Source: Desulfovibrionales bacterium (GTDB lineage Bacteria > Desulfobacterota > Desulfovibrionia > Desulfovibrionales > Desulfovibrionaceae). From it: a stretch of 64,000 nucleotides of DNA. Both the position numbers and the translations under genes were made by a program. Location of the stretch: assembly GCA_038248065.1 (NCBI GenBank), contig JBBRUD010000001.1, positions 22,594 through 86,593 on the forward strand, in the 5' to 3' direction. Positions 33,468 to 43,559 of the stretch are shown here, piece after piece; positions within the stretch are counted from its first letter, which is position 1, and every line of letters starts with the position of its first letter. Below the pieces are notes generated by a model that made no database searches, had not been told where the DNA came from, and was given only the letters and a program-made list of their open reading frames with translations.

Positions 33468-34205
33468 ATGGAAATGACACCAAGTGAGAAAGAACGCATC
33501 CGTCTGGACATCCAGAAGAAATACCAGCGTGTGGCCGCCAGCCCGGAGGGGAACTTCCGTTTTTCCACTGGCCGTGCGGGCCTGGAAGGGTTGGGGTACG
33601 ACCGGCTGCTTCTCAAGCGGTTGCCGGACGCGGTTGCGCAATTCTATTGCGGGGTGGGCAATCCCTTCGCCATTGGGGCGGCGCAGCCTGGCGATCACGT
33701 TTTGGACGTAGGCTGCGGGGCCGGGGTGGATACCATCCTGGCCGGATATATGGTCGGCCCTGAGGGGCTGGCCTTCGGGGTGGACGGCTCCCCCTCAATG
33801 CTCGCCCGTGCTCAGGACAACGCGACCCTGGCCGGTATGGGCACCGTCGGCTTCAAACAGGCCGACGCCGAAAGCCTGCCCTTTAGCGATGCCACCTTCG
33901 ACCTGCTTATCTCCAACGGTGTCTACAATCTGGTGCTCGACAAGCCCAAAGCCCTGGCCGAGGCCTTCCGGGTGCTCAAACCCGGCGGGCGGTTGCAGAT
34001 AGCCGACCAGATGCTTCTGGGGGCGCCGCCGGACCCGGCTGAGGCAGCGCTCAACTGGTTCAAGTGACAAGGCGGCGCCACACCGGGAACGGCGTTCCTG
34101 GCACTGCTCAACGAGATAGGATTCACAGAGGCCGCATCCCACGGCGAAACCGGCGTGCAAAGCTCGCCCGTTACCATGGGCATGCTCTTTAGCGCCCGGA
34201 GATGA
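33468..34205 (+). CDS. ArsM/UbiE-like SAM-dependent methyltransferase, candidate selenoprotein (in-frame TGA at 34065-34067 read as Sec)
   Basis: Track ORF ends at the TGA (..EAALNWFK*). The same frame continues QGGATPGTAFLALLNEIGFTEAASHGETGVQSSPVTMGMLFSARR to a TGA at 34203-34205. The W-x-x-[C/U]-x-x-G-A .. AGF segment is the family-typical C-terminus. A hairpin lies downstream of the TGA. Confidence 0.6.
34083..34101 (+). promoter_or_regulatory. Candidate bacterial SECIS-like stem-loop
   Basis: CCGGGAAC-GGC-GTTCCTGG: 8 pairs including one G-U. Begins 16 nt after the in-frame UGA and has a G-rich apical loop. Confidence 0.35.
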
Positions 34206-34227
34206 GACTGAGACAGAGATGGCTGGA

Positions 34228-34431
34228 GACGCCGCCGGCGGCCAGGGAGGGCGCTGCCCTCCCTGGACCCTCCTGCTAGAGGGCCACTGGCCCTCTGGAC
34301 TCCCGTATATGGGGGCCGTAATCCAGCGGCTGGTTGCGACGACGAACCAACGCGTAAATATAAGGGATTCAAAAGGGGCATTGCCCCTTTTGCCGCCGGA
34401 GGCTCATCACCCTTCCCCCTCCTCATCTCCG
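34228..34431. repeat. Composite GC-hairpin repeat, short type (copy B2) plus CT-rich tail
   Basis: GCCGCCGGCGGCC + CAGGGAGGGC-GCT-GCCCTCCCTG + AGAGGGCC-ACT-GGCCCTCT + ..AACGCGTAAATATAAGGGATTCAAAAGGGGC-ATT-GCCCCTTTTGCCGCCGGAGGCTC + CT-rich tail. Confidence 0.85.
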
Positions 34432-35058
34432 CTATCTTTCAGCGCGAATCAAAAAAATGCCGTGTGTGGCCAGGAGGTTGGGCAGGTGTTTGACCACCAG
34501 TCCGGTGGTTTGGGTAAGTGAGCGTTTGATGGCCACGGTGTCTTCGATGGCGATGGTGTTTTTCAGGCAGAACTGCGTAAAATCATGGAGCGTCACCACC
34601 CGGATGTTGGGCGTGTCGTGCCAGTCGAAGGGCAGTTCCGGGGTGACGGGTGCCTGGCCTTGGCAGAGCAGCTGGCAGCGGTTGCGCCAGTGGGCGAAGT
34701 TGGGGAAGCTGACGATGCCGCGCTTGCCCACCCGCAGCATCTCGCGGATGAGTGTCAAGGGTGTGGGCACCTGCTGCAGGGTCTGGGAGAGCACCACGAA
34801 GTCGAAGGATCCGTCGGGATAATCGGTAATCTCGCGAATCAGGTCACCTTGCAGGATGGAAACGCCCCGAGCGATGCCTTCGGCGGCTTTTTCCTCGTCC
34901 TGCTCCACGCCAAAGCCCCGCACCTGCTTGAAAGCCAGCAGATATTCCAGCAGTTCCCCCTGCCCGCAGCCCAGATCGAGTACTTTGGAGCCGGGGGTGA
35001 TCCATCCTGCGATGATGGAAAGGTCGTAGCGGACTTGGGCCAGTGGATGGCGGATCAT
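34432..35058 (-). CDS. metW: Methionine biosynthesis protein MetW
   Basis: YDLSIIAGWITPGSKVLDLGCGQGELLEYL.. is typical MetW. Its ATG overlaps the metX stop. Start trimmed to 35058. Confidence 0.9.
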   Translation of the reverse strand: MIRHPLAQVRYDLSIIAGWITPGSKVLDLGCGQGELLEYLLAFKQVRGFGVEQDEEKAAEGIARGVSILQGDLIREITDYPDGSFDFVVLSQTLQQVPTPLTLIREMLRVGKRGIVSFPNFAHWRNRCQLLCQGQAPVTPELPFDWHDTPNIRVVTLHDFTQFCLKNTIAIEDTVAIKRSLTQTTGLVVKHLPNLLATHGIFLIRAER

Positions 35059-36239
35059 AGGCCTATCCGGGATTCGAGCAGGTCGTGGTAGGTGCGTTCC
35101 AGGTGGCCCGCCACCAGTGCCGTGAGCTTGGGGATATCCAGCAGAAAGGCGTCGTGGCCCCATTTGGCGTCTATTTCGCAGAAGCTGACGTCCAGGCCGT
35201 TCTTCTTGATGGCCCGCACCAGCTCGCGGGATTGATAGGTGGGGTAGAGCCAGTCCGAGGTGAAGGATACCACCAGGAACCGGGCTTTGGCCTTGGAGAA
35301 TGCCTGGGTGAGGGAGCCATTGCCGTGGATTCCTCCCAGGTCGAAGTAATCAGCCGCACGGGTGATGTAGAGAAAGCTGTTGGCGTCGAAGCGTTCCACG
35401 AACTTGCGCCCTTGGTAACGCAGGTAGGATTCCACCTGGAAATCGGCGTCGAAGCTGAAGGAGAAATCGGCCCGGTCCTGCAGGCCGCGCCCGAATTTGT
35501 GGCGCATGGATTCGTCGGAAAGATAGGTGATGTGGCCGATCATACGGGCCACGGCCAGCCCGTGGACGGGCTTGGCGTCCTGGGAGTAGTTGCCGCCGTC
35601 CCAGTCGGGGTCGGCGATGATAGCCTGGCGGGCCACCTCGTGAAAGGCGATGTGCAGGGCCGTGTGCTGGGCCGCCGTGGCCAGGGCGATGGCGGAGCGG
35701 ACCATCTCCGGGTAGCGCACGGACCACTCCAGCACCTGCATGCCGCCCATGGACCCGCCGATGACCGCCAGCAGATGCTGGACGCCTAGATGCTCCATCA
35801 GGGCCCGTTGGGCGCGCACCATGTCTCCGATGGTCACCACCGGGAAATTGAGGCCCCAGGGTTTGCCTGTGGCGGGGTCGTCGCAGGCCGGGCCGGTGGA
35901 GCCCATGCAGCCCCCCAGCACGTTGGAGCAGATCACAAAATATTTGTCGGTGTCGATGCCCTTTCCCGGCCCCACCATCACTTCCCACCAGCCGGGTTTG
36001 GGGTCGGCCGGGTCGTATATTCCGGCCGCGTGGCTGTCGCCGGTTAAGGCGTGGCAGAGCAGGATGGCGTTGTCGGCGTCGGCGTTCAGGGTGCCGTAGG
36101 TTTCATAGGCCAGGGTGACAGGGCTTAAGGTAGCGCCGCATTCCAGGGGGAAGGGGTTGTCCTGGGCGAACCGCAGCAGGCGTTTTTCCACCTGGCCCAC
36201 ACTGGCCTGGCCGGGCGCGTGTTCGACGTATTCGCTCAT
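35055..36239 (-). CDS. metX: Homoserine O-acetyltransferase
   Basis: NAILLCHALTGDSH, GGSMGGMQ (nucleophile elbow), SDWLYP, HDAFL. Confidence 0.95.
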   Translation of the reverse strand: MSEYVEHAPGQASVGQVEKRLLRFAQDNPFPLECGATLSPVTLAYETYGTLNADADNAILLCHALTGDSHAAGIYDPADPKPGWWEVMVGPGKGIDTDKYFVICSNVLGGCMGSTGPACDDPATGKPWGLNFPVVTIGDMVRAQRALMEHLGVQHLLAVIGGSMGGMQVLEWSVRYPEMVRSAIALATAAQHTALHIAFHEVARQAIIADPDWDGGNYSQDAKPVHGLAVARMIGHITYLSDESMRHKFGRGLQDRADFSFSFDADFQVESYLRYQGRKFVERFDANSFLYITRAADYFDLGGIHGNGSLTQAFSKAKARFLVVSFTSDWLYPTYQSRELVRAIKKNGLDVSFCEIDAKWGHDAFLLDIPKLTALVAGHLERTYHDLLESRIGL

Positions 36240-38443
36240 TGCGGCGGCAGTATGGTGTTGATGTGTTCAACGGCCTGGCGGACCAGGATGTCGAGAAGAT
36301 CCGTAAGGCGTTGCGCTTCACCCACGTTGTTTGCCTTAGCGGCCACTTCCAGGTCCGAGGCGGACTGAAGGATGGCTGAAGCCGCAACCACTGAGGACAT
36401 CCCCTTGAGGGTGTGCCCTATCCTGGCCAGTTCCTTGCTGTCGCCCTGGAGCAACGCCTTGCGGGCGTTGGCTACAGCGGTTGCGGCGTTCTTGCGGTAC
36501 AGAGCCAGGAGTTCAGGCAGAAAATCCATCATGCCTGCGAAGCGTTCGGCCAGCTGCTTCTCGTCAAATACCCCGGAGCCGTCTGGTACGCAGAGTGTGG
36601 CAGGCGGCTTGGAGCGGGAGCAGCAGAAGGTCTGGTGGAGCACGCGTTCGAATTCTTCCATGTCCAGGGGCTTGGCGATGTAAGCGTTCATGCCTGCGGC
36701 CAGGAAGCGTTCCTTGTCGCCTTTAACCGCGTGGGCGGTGACGGCAATGATGGGTATGGCCGGATTGAAGCCCTCGCCGTTGGAGCTTCGGATGGCTTTG
36801 GTAGCCTCCAGGCCGTCCATTACCGGCATGGAAATATCCATGAGCACGATGTCGTATTGCTCGCACGCCAGGGCCTCCAGGGCTTGTTGCCCATCATCCA
36901 CTGCCGTGACCGTATGTCCGCGCGATTCCAGAAATTTCACAGCGAAGCGCTGGTTGAGGGGGTTGTCTTCGGCCAGCAGGATGCGCAGGTGCCGGGTGGG
37001 GTCAGTCTCCTGTGTGGCCGTATGGTCCGCTGTGGCGGCGCTGTCGGCGGCGGACGGGCCAGGGGCGGAGCCGCAGGCCTGCGTTCGCGCGCCGACCGGG
37101 TGTGCCTCAGGGCAGGGGGCCGTCGGTGTGGGCTTGGACGGAACAACGGCCATGGGCAGGTGGAAGCTTACGGTTGTGCCCAGGCCCACGGCGCTCTCGG
37201 CTGTGATGGAGCCGCCCATGAGGTCAACCAGACCGGCGCAGATGGCCAGTCCGAGGCCTGTGCCGCCGTAGCGTCTGGTAGGGCTGAAGTCGGCCTGCAT
37301 GAAGGGGTCGAAGATGGATTGAAGCATGTTTTCGGGGATGCCAGCGCCGGTATCGGTCACCGAGAAGTTGATTGTGGCCGTGGTGGCGGGGATTCCCTCC
37401 TGGCCGCATTGGCCGCGGCAGGACGGCCCGGACTGGCCATTACCGCAGTTGGAGGCCGGTTGATCCTGCCCCGGGGTTTGCCACACGCGAAGTTCCACGC
37501 GTCCGCTGGGTGTGTACGTAATGGCGTTGTTCAGTAAATTCATGAGCACCTGGCGCAGGTGCCGGGTATCACCCTGTAGGGCGCAGGGAACATCCGGCGC
37601 GACGGTGAGCGAAAGCTCCAGGCCCATACGGGAGGCCGCAGGGCGGGCAGCGGCTATGATCTGCTCCAGATACTGCCTCAGAGCGATGGTTTCAAATTTC
37701 AGGCGTTCCTGGGCGGTGTCTATGCGCGAAAAATTGAGCAGTTGGTTTATGGTGCCCAGCAACGACCGGGCGGCGTGGTTCACGTCGGAGAGCAGGGTGC
37801 GCTGCTGGGGGCTGAGCGTACCGTCGGACAGCAGTTGGGACATGCCCAGTATGACGTTCATGGGGGTACGCAGTTCATGGCTTATGTTAGCCAGGAATGT
37901 CTTTTTGCCGAGGTTGGCCTGCTCTGCGTCCTGTCTTGCCTGGGCCAGTTCCTGTTCCAGGCGGCGGAAGGGAGTGCGGTCGCATACGGCAAGCAGGCAG
38001 GCGGCATCCTTCCCGTTCTCAGGTTGGTCTGGTAGGGCCTTATCGTGGAGAGGTTCAACTGTGTCGAGGGAGATCGTGTGGAGCAGCATGGACACGCGCG
38101 CATTCTTGCAACCGGGGGTGGTCAGGTCCAATTCGCATTTCTGCGGTTCCCCCTGGTCGAATGCTGCGGTCAGACACCTGGTGAAGATTTCGCGCTCTGC
38201 CGGGGACAGGAAATTTGAAAATGGGCTGCCTGCAAGCGTCGGGAGTTCCACATCAACCAGGCGGGCCGCAGCCGGGTTGGCGTCCTGAATATGCCCCTGG
38301 GCATTAACGAGGAAACAGCCTGTGGGCGAAAGATCGTAAAAGCGCAGGAGGACATCCTGCGCAGGGAGGGCACTTCCTCGAGGCCCATCTGTCTCTGGAG
38401 TTTGCTGATGTCCCAATGAACAGTACTGCATGTAAATATCCAT
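36236..38443 (-). CDS. Hybrid sensor histidine kinase / response regulator (PAS-HisKA-HATPase-REC-HPt)
   Basis: FLANISHELRTPMN (H-box), GGTGLGLAIC (G2), REC ILLAEDNPLNQ..DIVLMDISMPVMDG, C-terminal HPt (GHTLKG). Stop overlaps the metX start. Confidence 0.9.
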   Translation of the reverse strand: MDIYMQYCSLGHQQTPETDGPRGSALPAQDVLLRFYDLSPTGCFLVNAQGHIQDANPAAARLVDVELPTLAGSPFSNFLSPAEREIFTRCLTAAFDQGEPQKCELDLTTPGCKNARVSMLLHTISLDTVEPLHDKALPDQPENGKDAACLLAVCDRTPFRRLEQELAQARQDAEQANLGKKTFLANISHELRTPMNVILGMSQLLSDGTLSPQQRTLLSDVNHAARSLLGTINQLLNFSRIDTAQERLKFETIALRQYLEQIIAAARPAASRMGLELSLTVAPDVPCALQGDTRHLRQVLMNLLNNAITYTPSGRVELRVWQTPGQDQPASNCGNGQSGPSCRGQCGQEGIPATTATINFSVTDTGAGIPENMLQSIFDPFMQADFSPTRRYGGTGLGLAICAGLVDLMGGSITAESAVGLGTTVSFHLPMAVVPSKPTPTAPCPEAHPVGARTQACGSAPGPSAADSAATADHTATQETDPTRHLRILLAEDNPLNQRFAVKFLESRGHTVTAVDDGQQALEALACEQYDIVLMDISMPVMDGLEATKAIRSSNGEGFNPAIPIIAVTAHAVKGDKERFLAAGMNAYIAKPLDMEEFERVLHQTFCCSRSKPPATLCVPDGSGVFDEKQLAERFAGMMDFLPELLALYRKNAATAVANARKALLQGDSKELARIGHTLKGMSSVVAASAILQSASDLEVAAKANNVGEAQRLTDLLDILVRQAVEHINTILPPQ

Positions 38444-38643
38444 CTGGCTTGACCCCGCAGCCGGGAAGCAAGCGAAAGCAGAATGAAATGCACTGTAGAA
38501 GATGTATCCTACTAACTCCGCTCAACAAGCGTCAAGACTGAATCCTACTTCCGAGGAAGGAAACACTGACAGCGCCAGGCCGGAGGTGACAATCCCGGGC
38601 TTTGGGGCTATCTGGCTGCCTTATTCCACCTCAAGGAGCCCCC

Positions 38644-40308
38644 ATGCGCAGCAAACTGATGACCGGCGGCGTGGAAAAAGCCCCCCACAGATCCCTGCTC
38701 TACGCACTTGGCCTCACCCGCCAGGAAATCGACCGCCCCCTCGTGGGCGTGGTCAACTCCCATAACGAAATCGTCCCCGGCCACATCCACCTGGATACCA
38801 TCGCCACCGCCGTCAAGGCGGGGGTGCGCATGTCCGGCGGCACGCCGCTGGAGTTCCCGGTTATCGGCGTGTGCGACGGCCTGGCCATGAACCACGCGGG
38901 CATGCGCTTTTCCCTGCCCAGCCGCGAGATCATCGCCGATTCCATCGAGATTATGGCCACGGCGCATCCCTTCGACGCCCTGGTGTTCATCCCCAACTGC
39001 GATAAATCCGTGCCTGGCATGCTCATGGCCATGCTGCGCCTGAACATCCCCTCCATCATGGTCTCCGGCGGCCCCATGCTGGCCGGGCGCACCGTGGGCG
39101 GAGCCGTGGACCTCATCAACGTTTTCGAGGCAGTGGGACGCGTCACGCGCGGCGAAATGGACGAAGCCGAACTGGAAGACCTGGAGCGCAAGGCCTGCCC
39201 CGGCTGCGGCTCCTGCGCGGGCATGTTCACGGCCAACTCCATGAACTGCCTCTCGGAATCCATCGGCCTGGCCCTGCCCGGCAACGGCACCATCCCCGCC
39301 GTCACCGCCGACCGCATCCGCCTGGCCAAGACCGCAGGCATGAAGGTCATGGAGCTTTTGGCCAAGGACCTCAAACCCCACGACATCGTCACTGAGAGGG
39401 CCGTGGCCAACGCCGTGACCATGGACATGGCGCTGGGCTGCTCCACCAACACCGTGCTCCACCTGCCCGCCATTTTCGCCGAAGCGGGCATCGACCTCAC
39501 CCTGGATATCTTCGACACCGTCAGCCGCAGGACGCCCAACCTCTGCAAGCTCTCCCCAGCCGGGCACCACCACATCGAGGACCTGCACCGCGCAGGCGGC
39601 ATTCCGGCGGTCATGAACGCCCTGGCCGAACAAGGCCTCATCGACCGTTCGGTCATGACCGTCACCGGCTATACCGTGGGTGAAAACCTGGAAGCCCTGA
39701 AGGCCAAGATCCTCGACGACGACGTCATCCGGGCCGCCAATCCCTACGGCACGGAAGGCGGCATCGCCGTGCTCAAGGGCAATCTGGCCCCGGACGGCGC
39801 GGTGGTCAAACAGTCCGCCGTGGCCCCGGAGATGATGCGCCGCACCTGCACAGCCAAGGTCTACAACTCCGAGGAAGAAGCCTACCAGGCCATCCTCACC
39901 GGCCAGATCGTCAAGGGCGACGCCGTAGTCATCCGCTACGAAGGGCCCCAGGGCGGGCCGGGCATGCGCGAAATGCTCTCGCCCACCGCCTCCATCATGG
40001 GCATGGGACTGGGCGCCGACGTGGCCCTGATCACCGACGGACGCTTCTCCGGCGGCACGCGCGGCGCGGCCATCGGACACGTCTCCCCCGAGGCGGCCGA
40101 AGGCGGGCCCATCGGGCTGGTGGAAAACGGTGATAGTATCGAAATAGACATCCCCGCCAGGAAGATGAACCTGCTGGTCTCCGAAGAAGTGCTGGAGGCC
40201 CGGAGGAAGGCGTTTATACCGGTGGAAAAACCCCTGCCTTCCAAGATGCTCAGGCGCTACGCCAAGTCAGTGAAGTCGGCGGCCCACGGGGCGGCGTATA
40301 AAGATTAG
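38644..40308 (+). CDS. ilvD: Dihydroxy-acid dehydratase
   Basis: [59 protein letters not shown] before the ATG at 38644. Confidence 0.97.
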   Translation: MRSKLMTGGVEKAPHRSLLYALGLTRQEIDRPLVGVVNSHNEIVPGHIHLDTIATAVKAGVRMSGGTPLEFPVIGVCDGLAMNHAGMRFSLPSREIIADSIEIMATAHPFDALVFIPNCDKSVPGMLMAMLRLNIPSIMVSGGPMLAGRTVGGAVDLINVFEAVGRVTRGEMDEAELEDLERKACPGCGSCAGMFTANSMNCLSESIGLALPGNGTIPAVTADRIRLAKTAGMKVMELLAKDLKPHDIVTERAVANAVTMDMALGCSTNTVLHLPAIFAEAGIDLTLDIFDTVSRRTPNLCKLSPAGHHHIEDLHRAGGIPAVMNALAEQGLIDRSVMTVTGYTVGENLEALKAKILDDDVIRAANPYGTEGGIAVLKGNLAPDGAVVKQSAVAPEMMRRTCTAKVYNSEEEAYQAILTGQIVKGDAVVIRYEGPQGGPGMREMLSPTASIMGMGLGADVALITDGRFSGGTRGAAIGHVSPEAAEGGPIGLVENGDSIEIDIPARKMNLLVSEEVLEARRKAFIPVEKPLPSKMLRRYAKSVKSAAHGAAYKD

Positions 40309-40316
40309 AAGAATAT

Positions 40317-40358
40317 TGGGGGAGCACCCTTTTTGTGAACAAAAAGGGTGCTCCCCCA
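40317..40358. terminator. Perfect 18-bp stem-loop just after the ilvD stop (terminator-like, no T-run)
   Basis: TGGGGGAGCACCCTTTTT-GTGAAC-AAAAAGGGTGCTCCCCCA. Preceded by GAATATTGGGGG, which resembles the AATATTGGGGGGG module of the repeat family. Confidence 0.55.
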
Positions 40359-40422
40359 AACCCCCTCTCCCCAAAAAACTTTTTAGCGGCTTCGCGGGGA
40401 TGGGCGGGAAGATTGGCACGTA

Positions 40423-40998
40423 TTGGGCAATGCCGACGGTATGGATATGCGCAAACAGGTTGAAGCCACCTGGCGGGAAAGGGTGCTCCTGGCCGTTACG
40501 GGCAGGTATGGCGTCATCGGCATCAATGTCTTGATTGTGCTGGTGAGTGGGTTGTCCCTGCGGGTCATGCTGCCGCTGATCCTCAACACCGTGGATAACG
40601 TCAAGGAACTCGAGGATATCGCCGAATGCCTTGGCGTTATTCTCATCGGCTACGGCGTGGCCGTGGAGGAGCGCCAGGCCTTCATGCGCATCTTCAGGCT
40701 CTACCCGGCCTTCGAGTCTCCGCTTCAGAGCCATGTGGATCATTTCTGCCACGAATACGGCCTGTGCTACCTGCTGCTGGGCCTGTTCATGGAAGTCTGC
40801 GTGGCCTGCATCAAGATCCCCAACGCCATCATCGACACCGAGAACATTGAAGACATTGTTTTCGCTATCAGTGCTTTTTTTCTGGTCTGGAACGCCATTC
40901 TCATGCTCCGCCATATCTGGTTTCTGGCCCGGCTGGGTCGGCGTTCGCCTCAAAACCATGAAACGTCAGAAGCGGCCTGCTCCATATCAGAGCGCTGA
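40423..40998 (+). CDS. Hypothetical membrane protein
   Basis: ORF with about 4 hydrophobic segments. No motif recognised and the start is uncertain. Confidence 0.5.
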   Translation: MGNADGMDMRKQVEATWRERVLLAVTGRYGVIGINVLIVLVSGLSLRVMLPLILNTVDNVKELEDIAECLGVILIGYGVAVEERQAFMRIFRLYPAFESPLQSHVDHFCHEYGLCYLLLGLFMEVCVACIKIPNAIIDTENIEDIVFAISAFFLVWNAILMLRHIWFLARLGRRSPQNHETSEAACSISER

Positions 40999-41013
40999 AG
41001 GAAGGAATTACCG

Positions 41014-42255
41014 GTGCTCATGAATGGCTACGTAATGGCGGCTCTGGCTGCGCTGGTGTTTTCATATGCAGTGACGGCCCTGGCTCGCGGGCTCAATGTC
41101 CGGTCGCTCCAGAACGCTCTTCCCGCCGAATTTTCCGGGGTTTACGACGCTACGGATTACGCCAATTCCCAGGCCTATGTCCGGGCAGGGGCCGGGCTTG
41201 CCGCGATTGAGGAAACAGCCGGGCTGCTGCTTACGGCTGGGTTTATCGTTTGCGGGGGGTTCGGCTGGCTTGATGGCTGGACCAGAAGCCTGGGCTATTC
41301 CGAACTGTCTACGGGCCTGATCTTTATCGGCTCTTTGACCCTGGTCCAGGCGGTTTTCGGCCTGCCTTTCGAAGTGTGGAACACCTTCGTGCTGGAGGCC
41401 CGTTTCGGGTTCAACACCACCACCGTCAAGGTGTTCATCACCGACAGGCTCAAGGGGATGGCCCTTGGCCTGGTGCTGGGCGGCGTACTGCTGACTGCCG
41501 TGCTCGTGCTGTTCCAGCAACTCGGTGATTGGGCCTGGCTTGCGGCCTGGGGCACGGTGACCCTCTTTACCGTGGTGATGCTCCTGGTGGCCCCGGTGTG
41601 GATTCTTCCGCTCTTCAATACCTTCAAACCGTTGGAGCCCGGCCCCCTACGCCAGGCCATCGAGGCCTACGCAACCGGGCAGGGGTTTTCCCTCTCGGGC
41701 ATCTTCGTCATGGATGGCTCCAAACGCTCCACCAAGGCCAATGCCTTCTTTACCGGTTTTGGTAAACGAAAACGCATCAGTTTGTATGACACTTTGATCA
41801 ACAGACTGACGACGGAAGAGCTGGTGGCCGTGCTTGCCCACGAGGTTGGCCACTCCAAGCATCATCATCTGGTGAAGGGGCTGCTGCTGGCCGTGGCCAA
41901 GATGGGGGCGCTGCTCTTTGTCTTGCAGTTGTTTTTGAGCGGCGGGGAGTTCCAGCGCGGCTTCGGTGTTTCCGTGCCTTCAGTCCATGCGGGGCTGATG
42001 CTTTTTGGACTGGTGTATCAGCCGGTGGCCCTGGCGCTTTCCGTTCTGGCCAACGCCTTTTCTCGGCGCTGGGAGTACCAGGCCGACGCCTTTGCCGCAG
42101 CAGGGCAGGGCGGGCCGCAGGCCATGGTGGACGCCTTGAAGGCCCTCTCCGTGGCCAACCTCTCCAACCTGACGCCGCATCCGCTGATGGTCTGGCTGAA
42201 CTACAGCCACCCTCCGGTGCTAGCGCGCATCCGGGCCATTACTGGCCAGGCTTGA
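41014..42255 (+). CDS. M48-family (Ste24/HtpX-like) zinc metallopeptidase
   Basis: HEVGH zinc motif (LAHEVGHSKHHH), multiple N-terminal TM helices, C-terminal SHPPVLARI. Confidence 0.88.
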   Translation: MLMNGYVMAALAALVFSYAVTALARGLNVRSLQNALPAEFSGVYDATDYANSQAYVRAGAGLAAIEETAGLLLTAGFIVCGGFGWLDGWTRSLGYSELSTGLIFIGSLTLVQAVFGLPFEVWNTFVLEARFGFNTTTVKVFITDRLKGMALGLVLGGVLLTAVLVLFQQLGDWAWLAAWGTVTLFTVVMLLVAPVWILPLFNTFKPLEPGPLRQAIEAYATGQGFSLSGIFVMDGSKRSTKANAFFTGFGKRKRISLYDTLINRLTTEELVAVLAHEVGHSKHHHLVKGLLLAVAKMGALLFVLQLFLSGGEFQRGFGVSVPSVHAGLMLFGLVYQPVALALSVLANAFSRRWEYQADAFAAAGQGGPQAMVDALKALSVANLSNLTPHPLMVWLNYSHPPVLARIRAITGQA

Positions 42256-43489
42256 TGACTTCCGCAGCAAAGGTCATGGCCTGGGCGTAACTTTCGGCGG
42301 CCAGTTCCGGGCTGATCGTCAGGCTTCCAAGCAGTGTGTTCAGGCCGTCCCAATCGCCTTGCTCGAAACAGTGGGCCATGGCCGTCCAGGCCGAAAGCGG
42401 CCCATCCGGCCCCAGAAGCGAGAGTCGTACGGGCTCTTCCAGGGGCAATCCGGCCAGGATCTCGTCCATGGGGGTGCGCATCAGCACGTCCAGCAGGGAA
42501 AAAAGACCCAAAGTAAACAGCTGTTCGGCTTGCTGGTCGTCTCTGTGCAGCCCCTTGGCCACAAGTTCGAAGAATTTGGCGCGGGTGAGGCACAGGAAGG
42601 AGATCTCCCCGGCCTTGCCCGTGGGGCTGCTATCCGTCAGGGCGATCACCCGCAGCCAGGTGCGCAGCCGTTGCCAGCCCAGCACCATAACGGCCCGCTC
42701 CACCGAGAGGTTGTTCAAGTGCTGGTTGTGCAGAGGGGAGTTGAGATAGGCCAGCAGCCGGTAGCTCAGGGACACGTCGGAGCGGATGGCCTCGGAGAGG
42801 GCCGGTAGGTCGGGCAGGTCGCTGCGGGTTAAGCGCAGAAGCTTCAGCCTTGCCAGTTCGTTGGAGGCCAGCCGTTTGCCCGGCACCATCTGGGGCTGGC
42901 GGAAAAAATACCCCTGGAAAAGCGAGAATCCCAGCTGTTTGGCCATGGCGAAGGCGTCCTGGTCCTCCACGCGCTTGGCCATGGGGAGCGTCTTACCCAG
43001 TCCGGCCAGCAAGGCGGCCAGCTCTTCACGCTTGCGGCCCAGCACGTCGATGATGGCCAGATCGGCCAGGGCCAGCAGCGGCGCGGCCTGGGGCCTGCCC
43101 TGGTAGCCGTCCACGGCCAGGGTGTAGCCGTCGGCCTTGAGGGCGGCCAGGGCCGCCAACAGGGGGTCGCCGATCACGGCGGCCTCGTCCACCTGGATCA
43201 CGGTGCGTTCGGCAGGCAGGGCGTAAGGTGCCTTGTCCAGGATGGTTCTGGGGCTGAAGTTCACCAGGATCTTCTGATTGGCGGGCATGTCCTGCGGTTG
43301 CCAAAGAAACGCGCCTGCCACGACGGTGAGGGTGGCGGCGTCCAGGTCGGCGAATTGGGCTTGCGTCGAGGCCAGACCGTGGCGGTAGAGCAGTTCAAAG
43401 CCCCACACGTTGAGACCGGCGTCGAAGACGGGCTGGCGGGCGAAAAGGGGGGGCACGGAATGCATGGCCTTCCCTATCTCCGCTTGCAA
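42239..43489 (-). CDS. EAL-like plus HDOD domain signalling protein (COG3434 type)
   Basis: ARQPVFDAGLNVWGFELLYR EAL-family N-terminus, KADGYTLAVD.., FQGYFF, then an HDOD-like helical C-domain. Exact start uncertain. Confidence 0.78.
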   Translation of the reverse strand: MQAEIGKAMHSVPPLFARQPVFDAGLNVWGFELLYRHGLASTQAQFADLDAATLTVVAGAFLWQPQDMPANQKILVNFSPRTILDKAPYALPAERTVIQVDEAAVIGDPLLAALAALKADGYTLAVDGYQGRPQAAPLLALADLAIIDVLGRKREELAALLAGLGKTLPMAKRVEDQDAFAMAKQLGFSLFQGYFFRQPQMVPGKRLASNELARLKLLRLTRSDLPDLPALSEAIRSDVSLSYRLLAYLNSPLHNQHLNNLSVERAVMVLGWQRLRTWLRVIALTDSSPTGKAGEISFLCLTRAKFFELVAKGLHRDDQQAEQLFTLGLFSLLDVLMRTPMDEILAGLPLEEPVRLSLLGPDGPLSAWTAMAHCFEQGDWDGLNTLLGSLTISPELAAESYAQAMTFAAEVIKPGQ

Positions 43490-43559
43490 GGCGTTGCAAG
43501 CCTGTCCTGGAAAGACATTGAAAATCCCCTACTCGCAGCCGGTAGCATGCCCCAAGATG

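Noticed and set aside
38608-40080. 490-aa minus-strand ORF and other long antisense ORFs (43410-44417, 44448-45497, 47961-49196, 51257-53284, 59743-61746, 61701-63350)
   Set aside because: Each lies opposite a gene with clear family motifs (ilvD, SulP, transglycosylase, Mo-oxidoreductase, synthase, Lon-like protease). All are rich in G/A/H/V/Q and have no recognisable domains.
40317-40358. The ilvD-downstream hairpin as a full member of the repeat family
   Set aside because: It shares only the AATATTGGGGG head and lacks the GCCGCCGGAGGCTC terminus and linkers. It is kept as a terminator-like hairpin only.
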